Shown in pieces: positions 12,880 through 24,431 of a stretch of DNA of 55,215 nt (the first letter of the stretch is position 1; each line of letters opens with the position of its first letter). Made by a program: the position numbers and the translations under genes. A model generated the notes under the pieces. That model worked only from the letters and a program-made list of their open reading frames with translations. It searched no databases and was not told the DNA's origin. The stretch lies in NCBI GenBank assembly GCA_030141605.1, contig JAQGDQ010000930.1:24422-79636 (forward strand), read 5' to 3'. The DNA is from Tubiluchus corallicola. Lineage: Eukaryota; Animalia; Priapulida.

Positions 12880-14330
12880 TACCCTAATGCTAATGCTAAT
12901 CTTAATCTCTAATCCTAACCCGAACCCAAAGCCTAATCCTAACCCTAACTGTAACCCGAACCCTAAACCCAGTCCTAATTTCTAAGCCTGCTCCTGACCC
13001 TAACTGTAATCCTAACCCTAATACTAACTGTAATCCTAATCTTAACTTTAATCTCTAAGCCTAAGCCTAACCCTAATATCTAGGCCTACTCCCAAACTTA
13101 ACCCCAAGCCACATCCTGACCCTAAACCCAATCCTAATCTCTAAGCCTGCTCGTGACCCTAACCCAAAGCCTAATCCTAACCCTAACTGTTATCCTAACC
13201 CTAATACTAACCGTAATCCTAATCTTAACTTTAATCTCTAAGCCTAGCCCTAACCCTAATCCTAATCTCTAGGCCTACTCCCAAACTTAACCCCAAGCCT
13301 AATCCTAACCCTGAACCTAAGCCAATCCTAATCTCCAAGCCTACTCCCAATCCTAACCCCAAGCCCCATCCTGACCCTAATCCTAAACCCAATCCTAATC
13401 TCTATGCCTACTCTCAACCCTAATCGCAAGCCTAATCCTAACCCTGATCCTAAGCCAATCCTAATCTCCAAGCCTACTCCCAACCCTAACCCCAAGCCTA
13501 ATCCTAACCCTGATCCTAAACCCAATCCTAATCTCTATGCCTACTCTCAACCCTAACCCCAAGCCTAATCCTAACCCTGATCCTAAGCCAATCCTAATCT
13601 CCAAGCCTACTCCCAACCCTAACCCCAAGCCTAATCCTAACCCTGAACCTAAACCCAATCCTAATCTCTAAGCCTACTCTCAAACCTAACCGCAAGCCTA
13701 ATCCTAACCCTGATCCTAAACCCAATCCTAATCTCTAAGCCTACTCCCAAACCTAACCGCAAGCCTAATCCTAACCCTAACCCTAAACCCAATCCTAATC
13801 TCTAAGCCTACTCCCAATCCTAACCCCAAGCCTAATCCTAACCCTGATCCTAAACACAATCCTAATCTCTAAGCCTACTCCCAATCCTAACCCCAAGCCT
13901 AATCCTAACCATAACCCTAAACCCAATCCTAATCTCTACGCCTACTCCCAACCCTAACCACAAGCCTAATCCTTACCCTAATTGTAACTGTTATCCTAAT
14001 CCTAATCTGTAAGCCTAACCCTAAACCTTACCCTAATCATATTCCTAATCCTAAACTCTAAGCCTACTCCTACCACTGACCCAAACCCAACTCCTGACCA
14101 TAACCCTAATCCTAATCTGTAATCTGACTCCTAACCATAACCGTAACCCTAATCCTAATCTGTAAGCCAACTCCTAACCATAACCTAATCCTATATGTAA
14201 GCCAACTCCTAACCATAACCCTAATCCTAATCTGTAAGCCAACTCCTAACCATAACCCTAATCCTAATATGTAAGCCAACTCCTAACCATAACCCTAATC
14301 CTAATCTGTAAGCCAACTCCTAATCTGCTT
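12880..14330. repeat. degenerate telomere-like (CCCTAA/CCTAAT) compound satellite with ~66-67-bp higher-order units
   Basis: CCTAAC/CCTAAT/CCCAAG hexamers; repeated blocks offset by 133 bp (ORFs at 13328 and 13461). Confidence 0.9.
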
Positions 14331-14466
14331 CACAAACTAATTACTTGTGTGCGAGGAATTGGAAACTTAGCCAAAATTAGCTAAAATATTTTTTTGGTTT
14401 TGTACTTTAGTAGTAGTAGTAATAATTTAGTAGTAATTTCTGTAGTTAATATTGCTCATATTTCAG

Positions 14467-14882
14467 GTGCCATCTACGGGGTCAGCTACTCATGGACTTA
14501 CATCTGGGAGGAGTTAGGCGGCATCAACGTCATCACGGTGCTCTCGTTGACTGCTCCGCATCTTGCACTGTTGCTAGGATACCTCGATTTGTACACGTTC
14601 GTCATGGCAACCCTGCAGTGCATGGCCTGCATCCTCATCCTCTTGTCGTCGTACTTGTTCTTCTATCAAACCGTTCTGATCGCCAACGGGCAGACGATGT
14701 ACGAGCGACGTCACGACATACGGAGGTACAATCTCGGATGGAGGCGGAATTTTTGCGACGTTCTGGGTAAGCGGTGGTACGTCACGTGGATCTGGCCACA
14801 AATACCGTCCGAACTGGACGGTAAAGGATTGGAGTTCAGAACAACAGAAGACGTACAGGAAGATTTGGCTAAGATCTCGTGA
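14467..14882 (+). CDS. ZDHHC24: ZDHHC24-like terminal coding exon
   Basis: tttcag acceptor at 14466; TM3/TM4, TTxE-like GQTMYE, PaCCT-like YNLGWRRNFCDVLG; TGA 14880-14882; spliced CDS 190+243+416=849 nt (282 aa). Confidence 0.92.
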
Positions 14883-14976
14883 TGTTTGTAGCACTGTAAC
14901 CTTGTGCAGTTGAGACAGTTCACGTCAGATACTGGATATGTAACAAATATACATGTCGCTTTTCAATGTTAGTTCA

Positions 14977-15345
14977 TGATGTTCGTCCTTTGAATCGAAG
15001 ATGACCAAGTGACAGGGATAAAAGGTCAGTTTGGGGAGTTGTCATTCCTTGGATGAGCTCGAAGGTGACTGACTAGGCCAATTCTGGCCTGGAAACTTCT
15101 TTGGCATTTGGCACAGGTGAGGCTGGATGTTTGGACCTGTTGTTGGGCAGTGTCACATGCCTTACGTCTCCTGCGCTTCTCCTCTGCCTCCTCAATTCTT
15201 TTCACCTCTGCTGTCTTAGCCCCTGTGGTGATGGCACTCTGCCATGCTGAGCGATCTTGTGCAAGGGTTTCCATTGAGCGGACATCCATACTGAGCTCCT
15301 TGAGTGAGGCCTACAAGGCTGTCTTTGAAGCATTTCTTTGGTCGT
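14977..15345 (-). mobile_element. RTE LINE 3' end, antisense, just downstream of the ZDHHC stop
   Basis: ETLAQDRSAWQSAI...CAKCQRSFQARIGLVSHLRAH (RTE C-terminal Zn finger) followed by the 3' UTR GGTCATCTTCGATTCAAAGGACGAACATC. Confidence 0.85.
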
Positions 15346-15544
15346 CCAAACTTTCTCTTTTAGTTTATACAATATGGGAAATCTCTTTTGCAGTTCCGGA
15401 ACAAAATCGACTCAGTTTAAACTTAAACCAATTTACAACAAACTACATCTGTTTCAGTTGTATATAACAAGTGCCCACGCTGCATCAACTGTGAAAACTC
15501 ATTGCTCAAGTCCTGCACTCTTTGTTTCAGATTAGCGAGTTTTC

Positions 15545-15822
15545 TCACCAGGTTAACTCGCCAAGTAACTCACAAGTACGTTCAGACTAGCAAGTAAAAC
15601 TTTCTGCGAGTTACTCTCCGACGGTAAGCGCAAGCTGACACTGCCTTCTCTATTCACTGCGAAAAGTGCCGAGAGTAACTCCCCGAAGGCGTTCACACTA
15701 GACAGTAACTCAACACGCAGCAACTGTCGGAAAGTTTGCAATAATTTGTCTACAGTAACTCATAAAGCTGTTCACACTTGCGACTTTGTTGTCGGAGAAA
15801 AAACTCCCTAGTTTGAATGCGC
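15545..15822. mobile_element. DNA transposon remnant (possibly PIF/Harbinger-like); related piece at ~54540-54650
   Basis: repeated GTTCACACT(A/T)G subterminal motifs; GAAAGTTTGCA...CAGTAAC...GTTCACACTTGCGACTT shared with 54548-54605. Confidence 0.45.
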
Positions 15823-16010
15823 AATTCGTAGGAAATGGTTTCAATGAGATGCTGCAGCTGATGTTGATGCTTCATCCCATATCCCAATACAAGTTGGGAA
15901 GAGTTATACTTACAGCCGTTGATTTTGCAAACTATTGTCGTTTACAATATTAGAGATTATTCCTCATCGCACACATACTATTTATACTTTTGTCGCTAGA
16001 TGGTCTATAA

Positions 16011-16478
16011 CAGGGGTGTGCAAATTATCTGACTAGCCGGGCCACATTAAACATTGTCGCAATTCCTGTGGGCCACATGCAGTTTGGTCAACGAGCCATG
16101 TACAGTAGGACCTAATAACGATTTTTTGCGTCCGATTTGCGCACATCATTACTACTGCACTACCACACTGAAGAAACTGTTTTAGAAGTTATTAAAATTT
16201 ATATTAAAAACCATATATTTCGTCATGTCTGACAGTGACATTAAGTGACAACTGCCTTGTAAGGGTTAATGCCATCTGATCTAGAGGAAAAAACTACCCG
16301 CACTATCTTTGCGATATTGGCACGGACTTCAGCTGGAGCGCATGGGCCGTACTTTCATTACGTTGACAAACCTCTTCGCGGGCCGCACTTTCATTACATT
16401 GACAAACCTCTTCGCGAGCCGCACAAGATCTCTCGGCGGGCCGCAAGTGGCCCGCAGGCCGCAGTTTGCGCACCCCTG
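16011..16478 (+). mobile_element. hAT-family MITE A, copy 1
   Basis: TIR CAGGGGTGTGCAAA / TTTGCGCACCCCTG; 8-bp TSD GTCTATAA/GTCTATAT. Confidence 0.92.
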
Positions 16479-16591
16479 GTCTATATATTGTTATTAGTTC
16501 AACTAAAAAATTGTTATGAGTGACTAACAAGATTGAAAAGTAAATAATTTATTGAAGTTTGATGCTTTTCTAAGAAGTTTATGCAGATCAT

Positions 16592-16724
16592 TGGTTGACT
16601 GGCATCCTTCTGTCTCGGAAGACAATGGAGTGTGCGCCAAGAGAGTCAGTTATTGATCACATTGATGGAGCTGCAGCGTCGACTGTGGCTGAGCAATCCG
16701 ATCCTTGAACGTCTCCAGGGCGCA
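16592..16724 (-). mobile_element. RTE-derived SINE 3' fragment retaining the RTE ORF end
   Basis: minus strand encodes SRIGLLSHSRRCSSINVINN* followed by GGCGCACACTCCATTGTCTTCCGAGACAGAAGGATGCC; abuts a plus-strand LINE-like AATAAA/A-rich tail at ~16725-16832. Confidence 0.8.
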
Positions 16725-16889
16725 TCTTACTGTTTGTTATTCATCGAATTGTTGATAACTTTTTGTTTCTTTTAATGTATTAGTTGTGTATTTGTGTTGA
16801 TGTGAAATAAATAAACAAATAAAACAAAAAAATTAGCATAATTTTCTATACTGTAGGCTCTGCCTATATAAACTGGTTGTTGTTTATAT

Positions 16890-16937
16890 GGTGTACCACT
16901 GATGATGACAGCTGATTGCTGTCGAAACATTTGCACG
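16890..16937 (+). ncRNA. degenerate type I hammerhead ribozyme motif (Penelope-like element type)
   Basis: CTGATGA(16899-16905)-T-GACAGC-tgatt-GCTGTC-GAAAC-ATT; perfect 6-bp stem II; stem I GTGTACCA/TG---CAC is imperfect. Confidence 0.6.
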
Positions 16938-16951
16938 GGTCTTTTAAACAG

Positions 16952-17247
16952 TTTGTTGTTGTTGTTGGCATCCTTCTGTCTCGGAAGACAATGGAGTGTG
17001 CGCCAAGAGAGTCAGATTCTTGAACGTCTCCAGGGCGCACGCCTGGGCAAGATGTATGGAGATCGTGAGTTACCCAGACAACAGGAACCCCCTGTCTTCC
17101 TCGCTGGAGTAGTCCAAAGGAAAGCGGAGCGATACGTTTGGCACCAGGTTGGCTGCAGGAGCTGCCGGAGTCAGTGAGCATGCTGCACTGGTCCGCCTTC
17201 GGGGCTCCACTCCTGATTTGGAAGGTTTACTCCGCTATACATGGCCA
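16952..17247 (-). mobile_element. RTE-derived SINE, 5'-truncated copy with (CAA)n tail
   Basis: near-identical to 25226-25493; TTGTTGTTGTTG on + is a (CAA)n tail on -. Confidence 0.85.
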
Positions 17248-17524
17248 TACAGATCATTACTAGCGATAAAATGGTCAAAAGTTTGGAGAGTTCACCTTGG
17301 AGAGTAGCTAAGGACCAAAGCGTTTGGCAGTGGAAGATTAACGTTGTAATGTCCTTTGATGAATGAACACATAAGACGAGATGCTAAATGACAGTGTCAT
17401 AGCTCAGTTGTGGCTTTTTAATGCACACATCTTTAACTGTTTGTAGTGTGTTAGAATAAAAACATCATAATGATATTTGCCCAAACCGCTAATGGTGCCA
17501 TATCTTACTTGTGTTCACAAAGTT

Positions 17525-17667
17525 AATTGACTGCAAAACTGGCTAACTTGTCATAAATGAATTGACTGCAAAACCGGCTAACTTGCCATAAATGAATTGA
17601 CTGCAAAACCGGCTAACTTGCCATAAATGAATTGACTGCAAAACTGGCTAACTTGCCATAAATGAAT
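17525..17667. repeat. 35-bp minisatellite x4
   Basis: AATTGACTGCAAAACCGGCTAACTTGCCATAAATG repeated. Confidence 0.9.
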
Positions 17668-18004
17668 GTGCCTCTATCACTGTTTATAGAACAGGCCGAG
17701 TATCAGCTTGTCATAGAGGAATGAATAAGTACAACAGGCAGTATATTTCTACTTGTGCTAATCAAATTGATAGGAGTCTGATGCTAATCAAATTCTATGA
17801 TCTCATGCAGCTGATCAAATGAGATTGATAGTACGTTTATTGATTTTTAAGCGGCTCATTTCATCTTCAGGTTGCCACGCCTTTTTTAAGGTGCCTTAAA
17901 CTCAACATCTAGCAAAGTCGAGACATTTTCAGACTAATCATTGCTTGTATTTTAAAACTGTTTTGTATACAAAAGTAAAAATGAAATAAGAACTTCATTT
18001 AACA

Positions 18005-18504
18005 CAGGGGTGTGCAAATTGCGGCCCGCGGGCCACTTGCGGCCCGCCGAGAGAATTTGTGCGGTCCGCAAAGAGATTTGTCAACCTAATGAAAGTGCGG
18101 CCCAGGCGATTAATTGAGTGTATCCAGCTGAAGTCCGTACGACGATCCCAAAGATAGTGCGGGTAGTTTTTTCTACTAGATCGGATGCCATTAACCCTTA
18201 CAAGACGGTTGTAGCTTAATGTGACTGTACTACACAGACTGTGTGATACACATTACTAATATGCATTGTAATGAAATTACCACTATCTGTCCTGAAAGTA
18301 GAAATATATGGTTTGTAATATAAATTTTAATAACTTCTAAAATAGTTTCTTGAGTGTAGTAGTAATGATGTACGCAGGTCGGAGGCAAAAAAATCGTTAT
18401 TAGGCCTTTCTGTACTTGGCTCCCTGATCAAACTTCCTGTGGCCCGCAGGAATTGCAGGAAAGTTTAATGTGGCCCGGCTGGTCAGATAATTTGCACACC
18501 CCTG
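18005..18504 (-). mobile_element. hAT-family MITE A, copy 2 (inverted relative to copy 1)
   Basis: TIR CAGGGGTGTGCAAATT / AATTTGCACACCCCTG; TSD ATTTAACA/ATTTAAAA. Confidence 0.92.
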
Positions 18505-18591
18505 ATTTAAAATGTACGTTATTAAAACTTAAACTTCTTAACAATATTTACAAAACTAGAAAACTTTTCTACGCGACATGAGAGGCTCGTG

Positions 18592-18694
18592 TCAAGATGA
18601 AGCTGCTACCTTCTCCGGAGGTTTTAACTTTAGCCTCGGCGGTTTTATATTCGCTTCTACGACTTTGTCTATCAAGCTTCGTCCGATGGGAGAC
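18592..18694 (-). CDS. OSGEPL1: OSGEPL1 exon 9 (terminal)
   Basis: tttttatag acceptor; (K)SPIGRSLIDKVVEANIKPPRLKLKPPEKVAASS* resembles the OSGEPL1 C-terminus (KCPLG.DIS..V....IK.P.LK). Confidence 0.85.
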
Positions 18695-19267
18695 CTATAA
18701 AAATGCAAAACTAAATGCAAAAAGTGTTACCTAGGGTGAGCCACTTGTCACTTACCTCAATGTGACTAGCAGTAGCATTATTATTGCAAGATAAAATCAT
18801 AGTCTGTCAATCGTAGCAACAAAAGGTTTAATCAGGGTTCCCAAGGTCAGGAAAAATCCTTGAAAATACAGGCTATCCTGAAAAGTCAGGGAAAAAGATA
18901 ATTTGATAAAAAGTTGGGAAAAATGATGAAAATGGGGCGGAAAATCAGGGAAATTAGAAAGGGTTGAAAAATAAACATCGTGGACTGATATTTTTCCAAG
19001 CGGTAGATAGTGCTGCCATCTTTTTGTTAGTTTGCTTGTAAAAATAATCCACCTGTTTCTTAAGCTATCTACTGTTCTATCTATTTACATACCATTTACT
19101 GGGTTTCAACTAAAGTTAACGAGGTGTAACAGGAGTCCTGGCTATTGTATGTTAGGCAGTAGTAGTTCAGGTTTCATAGTCTGCTGGTGAAGTTCAGATT
19201 TCACAATGTAATTTGTTAAGGTATGTTTGCTTCAAATTATATTTTGTGGTTTTTTTTATTTATTATT

Positions 19268-19451
19268 TGAATAAACATTTTTGCATTATTATATTTCCTT
19301 TTAGTAATACTTTACAGTTCATTTGGTGCTTGAGAACAGATTATTTGCTTTTACATTATTTCTTACGGGAATAAATGATTCGGTACTCAACCTAATCGGT
19401 TTTCAAACACTTTTTAGGAACGAATTATGGTCGAATACAGAGGTACTACTG
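19268..19451. mobile_element. Tc1/pogo (Tigger-like) MITE B fragment
   Basis: matches 55020-55200 and the reverse complement of 28679-28860; ends GAGGTACTACTG-TA. Confidence 0.8.
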
Positions 19452-19487
19452 TATATATATATATATATTGCTGCATAATTTACTTAC

Positions 19488-19559
19488 TTTGCTTTGAAAT
19501 CAATGGTGTCCACATCGCGCATCGGAGAAAATCCAGCCATCAGCTTTTCCACGCCATTC
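19488..19559 (-). CDS. OSGEPL1: OSGEPL1 exon 8
   Basis: ttttcttctag acceptor; (W)NGVEKLMAGFSPMRDVDTIDFKA(K); donor AA|GTAAGT; phases 2/2. Confidence 0.88.
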
Positions 19560-19996
19560 CTAGAAGAAAAATACGCAACTACAGAAATCTTGCTAGGACG
19601 ATTTCACCATTCTCGCCCGCCGTTCGAAAAAAAAACAGTCCGGCAATATGGGCTACCTCCTTTGGTACAAAAGGGAAATATTGATTAGAAAACTTTTGGA
19701 AAAAACTTCTGTTCACATGGATTCGAACCCACGTCTTCAGCATTTTGAGCATCTGCGTTAAGAAATAAGCAGAGTTTTAAATTCACCACAAAAACTTCTA
19801 GGCATGTATAAGTGAAAAATCATAATCCACACATGAAGACGACAATTTATTATTATTACTATGATTATCATTATTATTTTTGCGTAATTGTAGCTCGACT
19901 AGTAACCAAAAATTTCAGCAAAATGCAATTTAAATTACCTAAAGTAGTTCCACATACGAAGGGGACAACATAGTGCAGCTTATCATACAGTACGAT

Positions 19997-20104
19997 CAGG
20001 GCCTATTTCAGGGGAGCGGAAGTGGTGATACTTCCCCGGGGCCTCAACCTCCAGGTGGCCTCGCGCAGAGGTAACATTTTTTTTGCTTTAAGTGAACATA
20101 CTGC

Positions 20105-20168
<64 letters not shown>

Positions 20169-20245
20169 AACATAATTTATTATAGGATTGGATCAGACAG
20201 TTTGAACAACATGATTTAGGAACTTCACCACAATAGTTTACTATG

Positions 20246-20316
<71 letters not shown>

Positions 20317-20413
20317 TCTCTCTCTCTCTCAGTTTAAACATAATTTATTATAGGATTGGATCAGACAGTTTGAACAACATGATTTAGGATCCTCATCACA
20401 AGTCTATACACAC

Positions 20414-20475
<62 letters not shown>

Positions 20476-20491
20476 GCTGTCTGTCTCTGTT

Positions 20492-20529
<38 letters not shown>

Positions 20530-20573
20530 ACGCCCCACTTCCCCGGGCCTCGCTTAGGCTGACATAGGCCCTG
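19997..20573. mobile_element. hAT-type MITE with internal (CT)n tracts and an internal duplication
   Basis: TIR CAGGGCCTATTTCAG / CTGACATAGGCCCTG; perfect 8-bp TSD AGTACGAT (19989-19996, 20574-20581). Confidence 0.9.
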
Positions 20574-21240
20574 AGTACGATAATGTAAGTGTAAACATTA
20601 GTACTAAACTTTACATACCTATGACAATAATAATTAACAGAAAGAACAAAATTATAAAAAAAAATTTATAAGCTTCGGTAGAGATGGCTGTGAATTTTAA
20701 AAGTAATTTACATGACGTGTGTAAAGCAAAGCCGTCTACCGTGTCAATTCAGCAAGTTCAGTTGTTTTACGTGGACGTTACTTAATTATGCATTAGACTG
20801 AATGTAGAAAGATTTACTAGGATCTTGCTTGGGAACAAGAAAAAATGAACTAGGTAAGGTTCTAGTTAGCTGTTAAAACTGTTACTATTGCAATAGCATG
20901 GGCTGCGAGGCGTTGTCAAGTGTACACAAATGAGTTGTCTAGTACATTTCACCTTTGACCTTTCCACGATCATCGTCAATTGCTAGAACTGTGAAAAGGC
21001 TTATAGAAAAAAAACAGAAAAAGTGTGAGCACCACGGGGACTTGAACCTGAACCTTCGGTATTCTGTGCTGAGAATTACTCCAGTGAACCCAATACAGCA
21101 AGTGTTTATTGTTTTATACATAAATTCATTCAAATTTGGCTAAAATGGTAAGTTTATGTATTTTTTATGTTTTTATATTTGATATTAAAACAATTATCTA
21201 CTAAATTATTATCAGTCACTAATTAATTCTTATTAATTTT

Positions 21241-21922
21241 GTGCTTGCAAACTAGAACTTAAGTTGGCATAGTTAAATCTACGTCGTGATGCTTGCAAAC
21301 CAGAACTTAAGTTGGCATAGTTAAATCTACGTCGTGGTGCTTGCAAACCAGATCCTAAGTTGGCATAGTTAAATCTACGTCGTGGTGCTTGCAAACCAGA
21401 ACCTAAGTTGGCATAGTTAAATCTACGTCATGGTGCTTGCAAACCAGAACCTAAGTTGGCATAGTTAAATCTACGTCATGGTGCTTGCAAACCAGAACCT
21501 AAGTTGGCATAGTTAAATCTACGTCGTGGTGCTTGCAAACCAGAACCTAAGTTGGCATAGTTAAATCTACGTCGTGGTGCTTGCAAACCAGAACCTAAGT
21601 TGGCATAGTTAAATCTACGTCGTGGTGCTTCAAACTAGAACCTAAGCTGGCATAGTTAAAACTACGTCGTGGTGCTTCAACCTAGAACCTAAGTTGGCAT
21701 AGTTAAAACTATGTCGTGGTGCTTCAAACTAGAACCTAAGTTGACATAGTTAAAACTACGTCGTGGTGCTTCAAACTAGAACCTAAGCTGGCATAGTTAA
21801 AACTACGTCGTGGTGCTTCAAACTAGAACCTAAGCTGGCATAGTTAAAACTACGTCGTGGTGCTTCAAACTAGAACCTAAGTTGGCATAGTTAAAACTAC
21901 GTTATGATGCTTCAAACTAGAA
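21241..21922. repeat. 48/47-bp minisatellite (~14 copies)
   Basis: GCTTGCAAACCAGAACCTAAGTTGGCATAGTTAAATCTACGTCGTGGT at 21483, 21531...; later units are GCTTCAAACTAG..AAAACTAC. Confidence 0.95.
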
Positions 21923-22475
21923 TGTGGCAAAAATTTGGTCAAATGTCAATTTTTTGTTTTCATAAAAACAAATGCTAAATATATTGGATTTTTATATTCT
22001 AGCATCAAATTATCAAGAAATTGTTCAAAAAATATTAAAAATTTAATTTTATAACCCCGTACCCACTTTTCTGACTAGAAACTAGTACTGCAATTGTAAA
22101 AAAACTTGTATTATCAAACTCCCATAGTAACTCGTGGAAGCAGTCATTTTGCTTCGGGTTTTTTCTGCTGCCAAGCCCAGATCTTCGTCAGGAATAGCCA
22201 TCTACTGGATTTAAACATAATTTCAATGTGTTCTTGCAAAGTCCATAGCAACCAACATTTGTGCGGTTGCTAAGTGTTTTGTAAAGATGCGACAAAAAAC
22301 AGTGGCTGACTTTAACAATGTTTTTCAGTGCGTAGCCTGCCTGCACCTCAACTTCAACGTAGATTGTCTCAGCTTAGAAATAACACAGAGCGATGAACTT
22401 GGTATCAAAATTATCCTCATGAAATGGAGATTCAGGATGTGTGAATAACTAGAAAAGCTTAATTGCCAACTTAGG
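21876..22475. mobile_element. DNA-transposon-like interspersed repeat C, copy 1 (copy 2 at ~31408-31975)
   Basis: long colinear similarity with 31415-31965; ends CCTAAGTTGGCATAGTTAA ... TTAATTGCCAACTTAGG form an imperfect inverted repeat. Confidence 0.75.
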
Positions 22476-22527
22476 GACGATTTTGCTATACGAGCAAACA
22501 ATTAACATCCATGCATAGTGTGCTTAC

Positions 22528-22658
22528 CAGGCAATCATAATACCATTGTCTGTGCACAGTTTGGGCGGTGGACACTTCAACAAATAACCAAATCTTTCAC
22601 AGATGTCTGCAATGACTCGTCTCAAAAACATATTGCATGCAACACCGCCAGACAACAC
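22528..22658 (-). CDS. OSGEPL1: OSGEPL1 exon 7
   Basis: VLSGGVACN...CPPPKLCTDNGIMIA(W): TsaD/Kae1 GGVxxN and TDNG motifs; AG acceptor, TG|GTAAGC donor. Confidence 0.95.
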
Positions 22659-22998
22659 CTGAAATAAAAACAATAACAACAACATGACATCGTTTGTTGG
22701 CATCCGAAATATTGATAATAATAACATGCAGCGCACGAGACCGTCAGATAACAACTAAAACATCAAAACTAAAATTAGGTCACATGAGTTTGCTTCCTGA
22801 TAGAAGTTAAGCAACACTCATGATGGACACTAGAAGACACAATAGTTCACGGGACACCATCTGTGTATTTCATTTTTTATGATTTCACTTTCATACTAAC
22901 ACTTGACAACATGCGTGTATAATGTTTTTTTAAGAATCCAAACAAAAATATAAAAATTTCTATTCAAAGTTACCTGGAAATCCTCATTATCTACGTAC

Positions 22999-23150
22999 CA
23001 AAGTTTTTCCTTCTTTCGGTAAGAGATTAGATTGTTCAATAAAAATGAAACATCGCTGTAACCTCCTAGCCATGTGCCTTGCTACTCCATATTGAAATGC
23101 AGCTGCGATGTCGCCAACAGAGGGCACCACGCTGATTTCATCTTCGATTC
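22999..23150 (-). CDS. OSGEPL1: OSGEPL1 exon 6
   Basis: (G)IEDEISVVPSVGDIAAAFQYGVARHMARRLQRCFIFIEQSNLLPKEGKTL; DIAAxFQ motif; phases 1/0. Confidence 0.92.
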
Positions 23151-23248
23151 CTAGTCAACAGGAATGCATTAAGTTTCTATTCGATAAAAGGCGTTGCATA
23201 CGAGTTAGGGCTTTTAGCGCTTCAGATGTTAATGTTTAAAGTACTAGG

Positions 23249-23763
23249 CAGGGGTGGCTCGTGTGTAGGTATTGTGGAACTGCAGCACTCCTATTTTTGC
23301 TCAATATTATCGATAATATTCAATATCATAAGTCTTTTTTCTTTAGTTCTTTCTTTAAACTTGTACAGTGCAGAGCACGTGAGGGTAGTACTGTTTACTT
23401 CACAGCCCAGTACAGTGCGCGCTCCGGCTACGTGGTGTTTGGCTTTTGTGTGCATGCAGCCACGCGCACATGTCTGAGATAACATGCTGTATACTAGCAT
23501 CTGCTACTAGGTAGAGAAAGTACTGTCGCTCACACAGTTTTTGTCAGTTGTCACGTGCTTGCCGTGAATGGATCAAGCTTGAACTGTGACAATTTAGGCT
23601 ATTAGTGAGCAAAAAAATGTCTTTTTTGTTTAAGATTTTATCAAGTTTATGTCTAAAATAACAATTACAACATTAAAATTACATGTTTGTTTTACGCAGA
23701 ATTAAAACAATTGACAAAAGTTTTTTGGAACAGCACCCCACTAACTTTAGCTACGAGCCACTA
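23249..23763. mobile_element. hAT-type MITE
   Basis: ends CAGGGGTGGCTCGT / ACGAGCCACTA; perfect 8-bp TSD GTACTAGG (23241-23248, 23764-23771). Confidence 0.8.
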
Positions 23764-24431
23764 GTACTAGGTATGGAAAATGATAATATTTCTGTGGAAG
23801 TTGGAATTGTACATTGTAGTTAGGCGCTGCCATCTATGTGCTAATCTTGTTACATTCTACCAGCTGATTTACCTTCAGTATAATTGTATGGTCCAGTGAC
23901 AACATACACACTGGTACTCTCCCTATCTAAAATTAAAGGTTGTTGTGAAGCCTGTGCAAGTCTGCATAGGTCAAGTTCTATACCTGTATACTGGCTGTGA
24001 AACAGGTTTTACTGACTGTTTTTGCTTTCTAGTTTTTGCTCAATGTTCAGTGCAGCAGTTTTGCTACTCATGTTTTCTGTAGTTCAATAAACATTTTCCG
24101 TTGTGTGCAGTGCAAATATTTATTATAGAATTTTTCGTTACTATTCATACTTCTCTGTGCCTAAACTCAATCAGAACAAAGTGATTGAACAACAACTTCA
24201 AAAATGACCTTCAAAATTTCAAATGTTAAGTTGGAGAACAGAATTCTTAGTATTGTAATGTTTACAATGTTATGATAGGAAATTTTATGTTAACAATGAT
24301 TTAAAATGTCAAGATTTGAGAATTGAATTTCAACAGGTATAGAAATTGAGATACAAAATATTAAAGCACAAGAAAATCTTTTACTTACATAAAGTTGAAA
24401 AGTTTGTAGTTAACTGACATTAAAATTTTCA

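Noticed and set aside
12880-14330. True telomere or chromosome end
   Set aside because: Highly degenerate and inside an intron, with in-phase exons on both sides
18695-18760. Alternative penultimate OSGEPL1 exon ending ...CACCCTAG|GTAAC
   Set aside because: It would need a 36-nt intron; the homologous exon (NGVEKL) lies at 19488-19559 with correct phases
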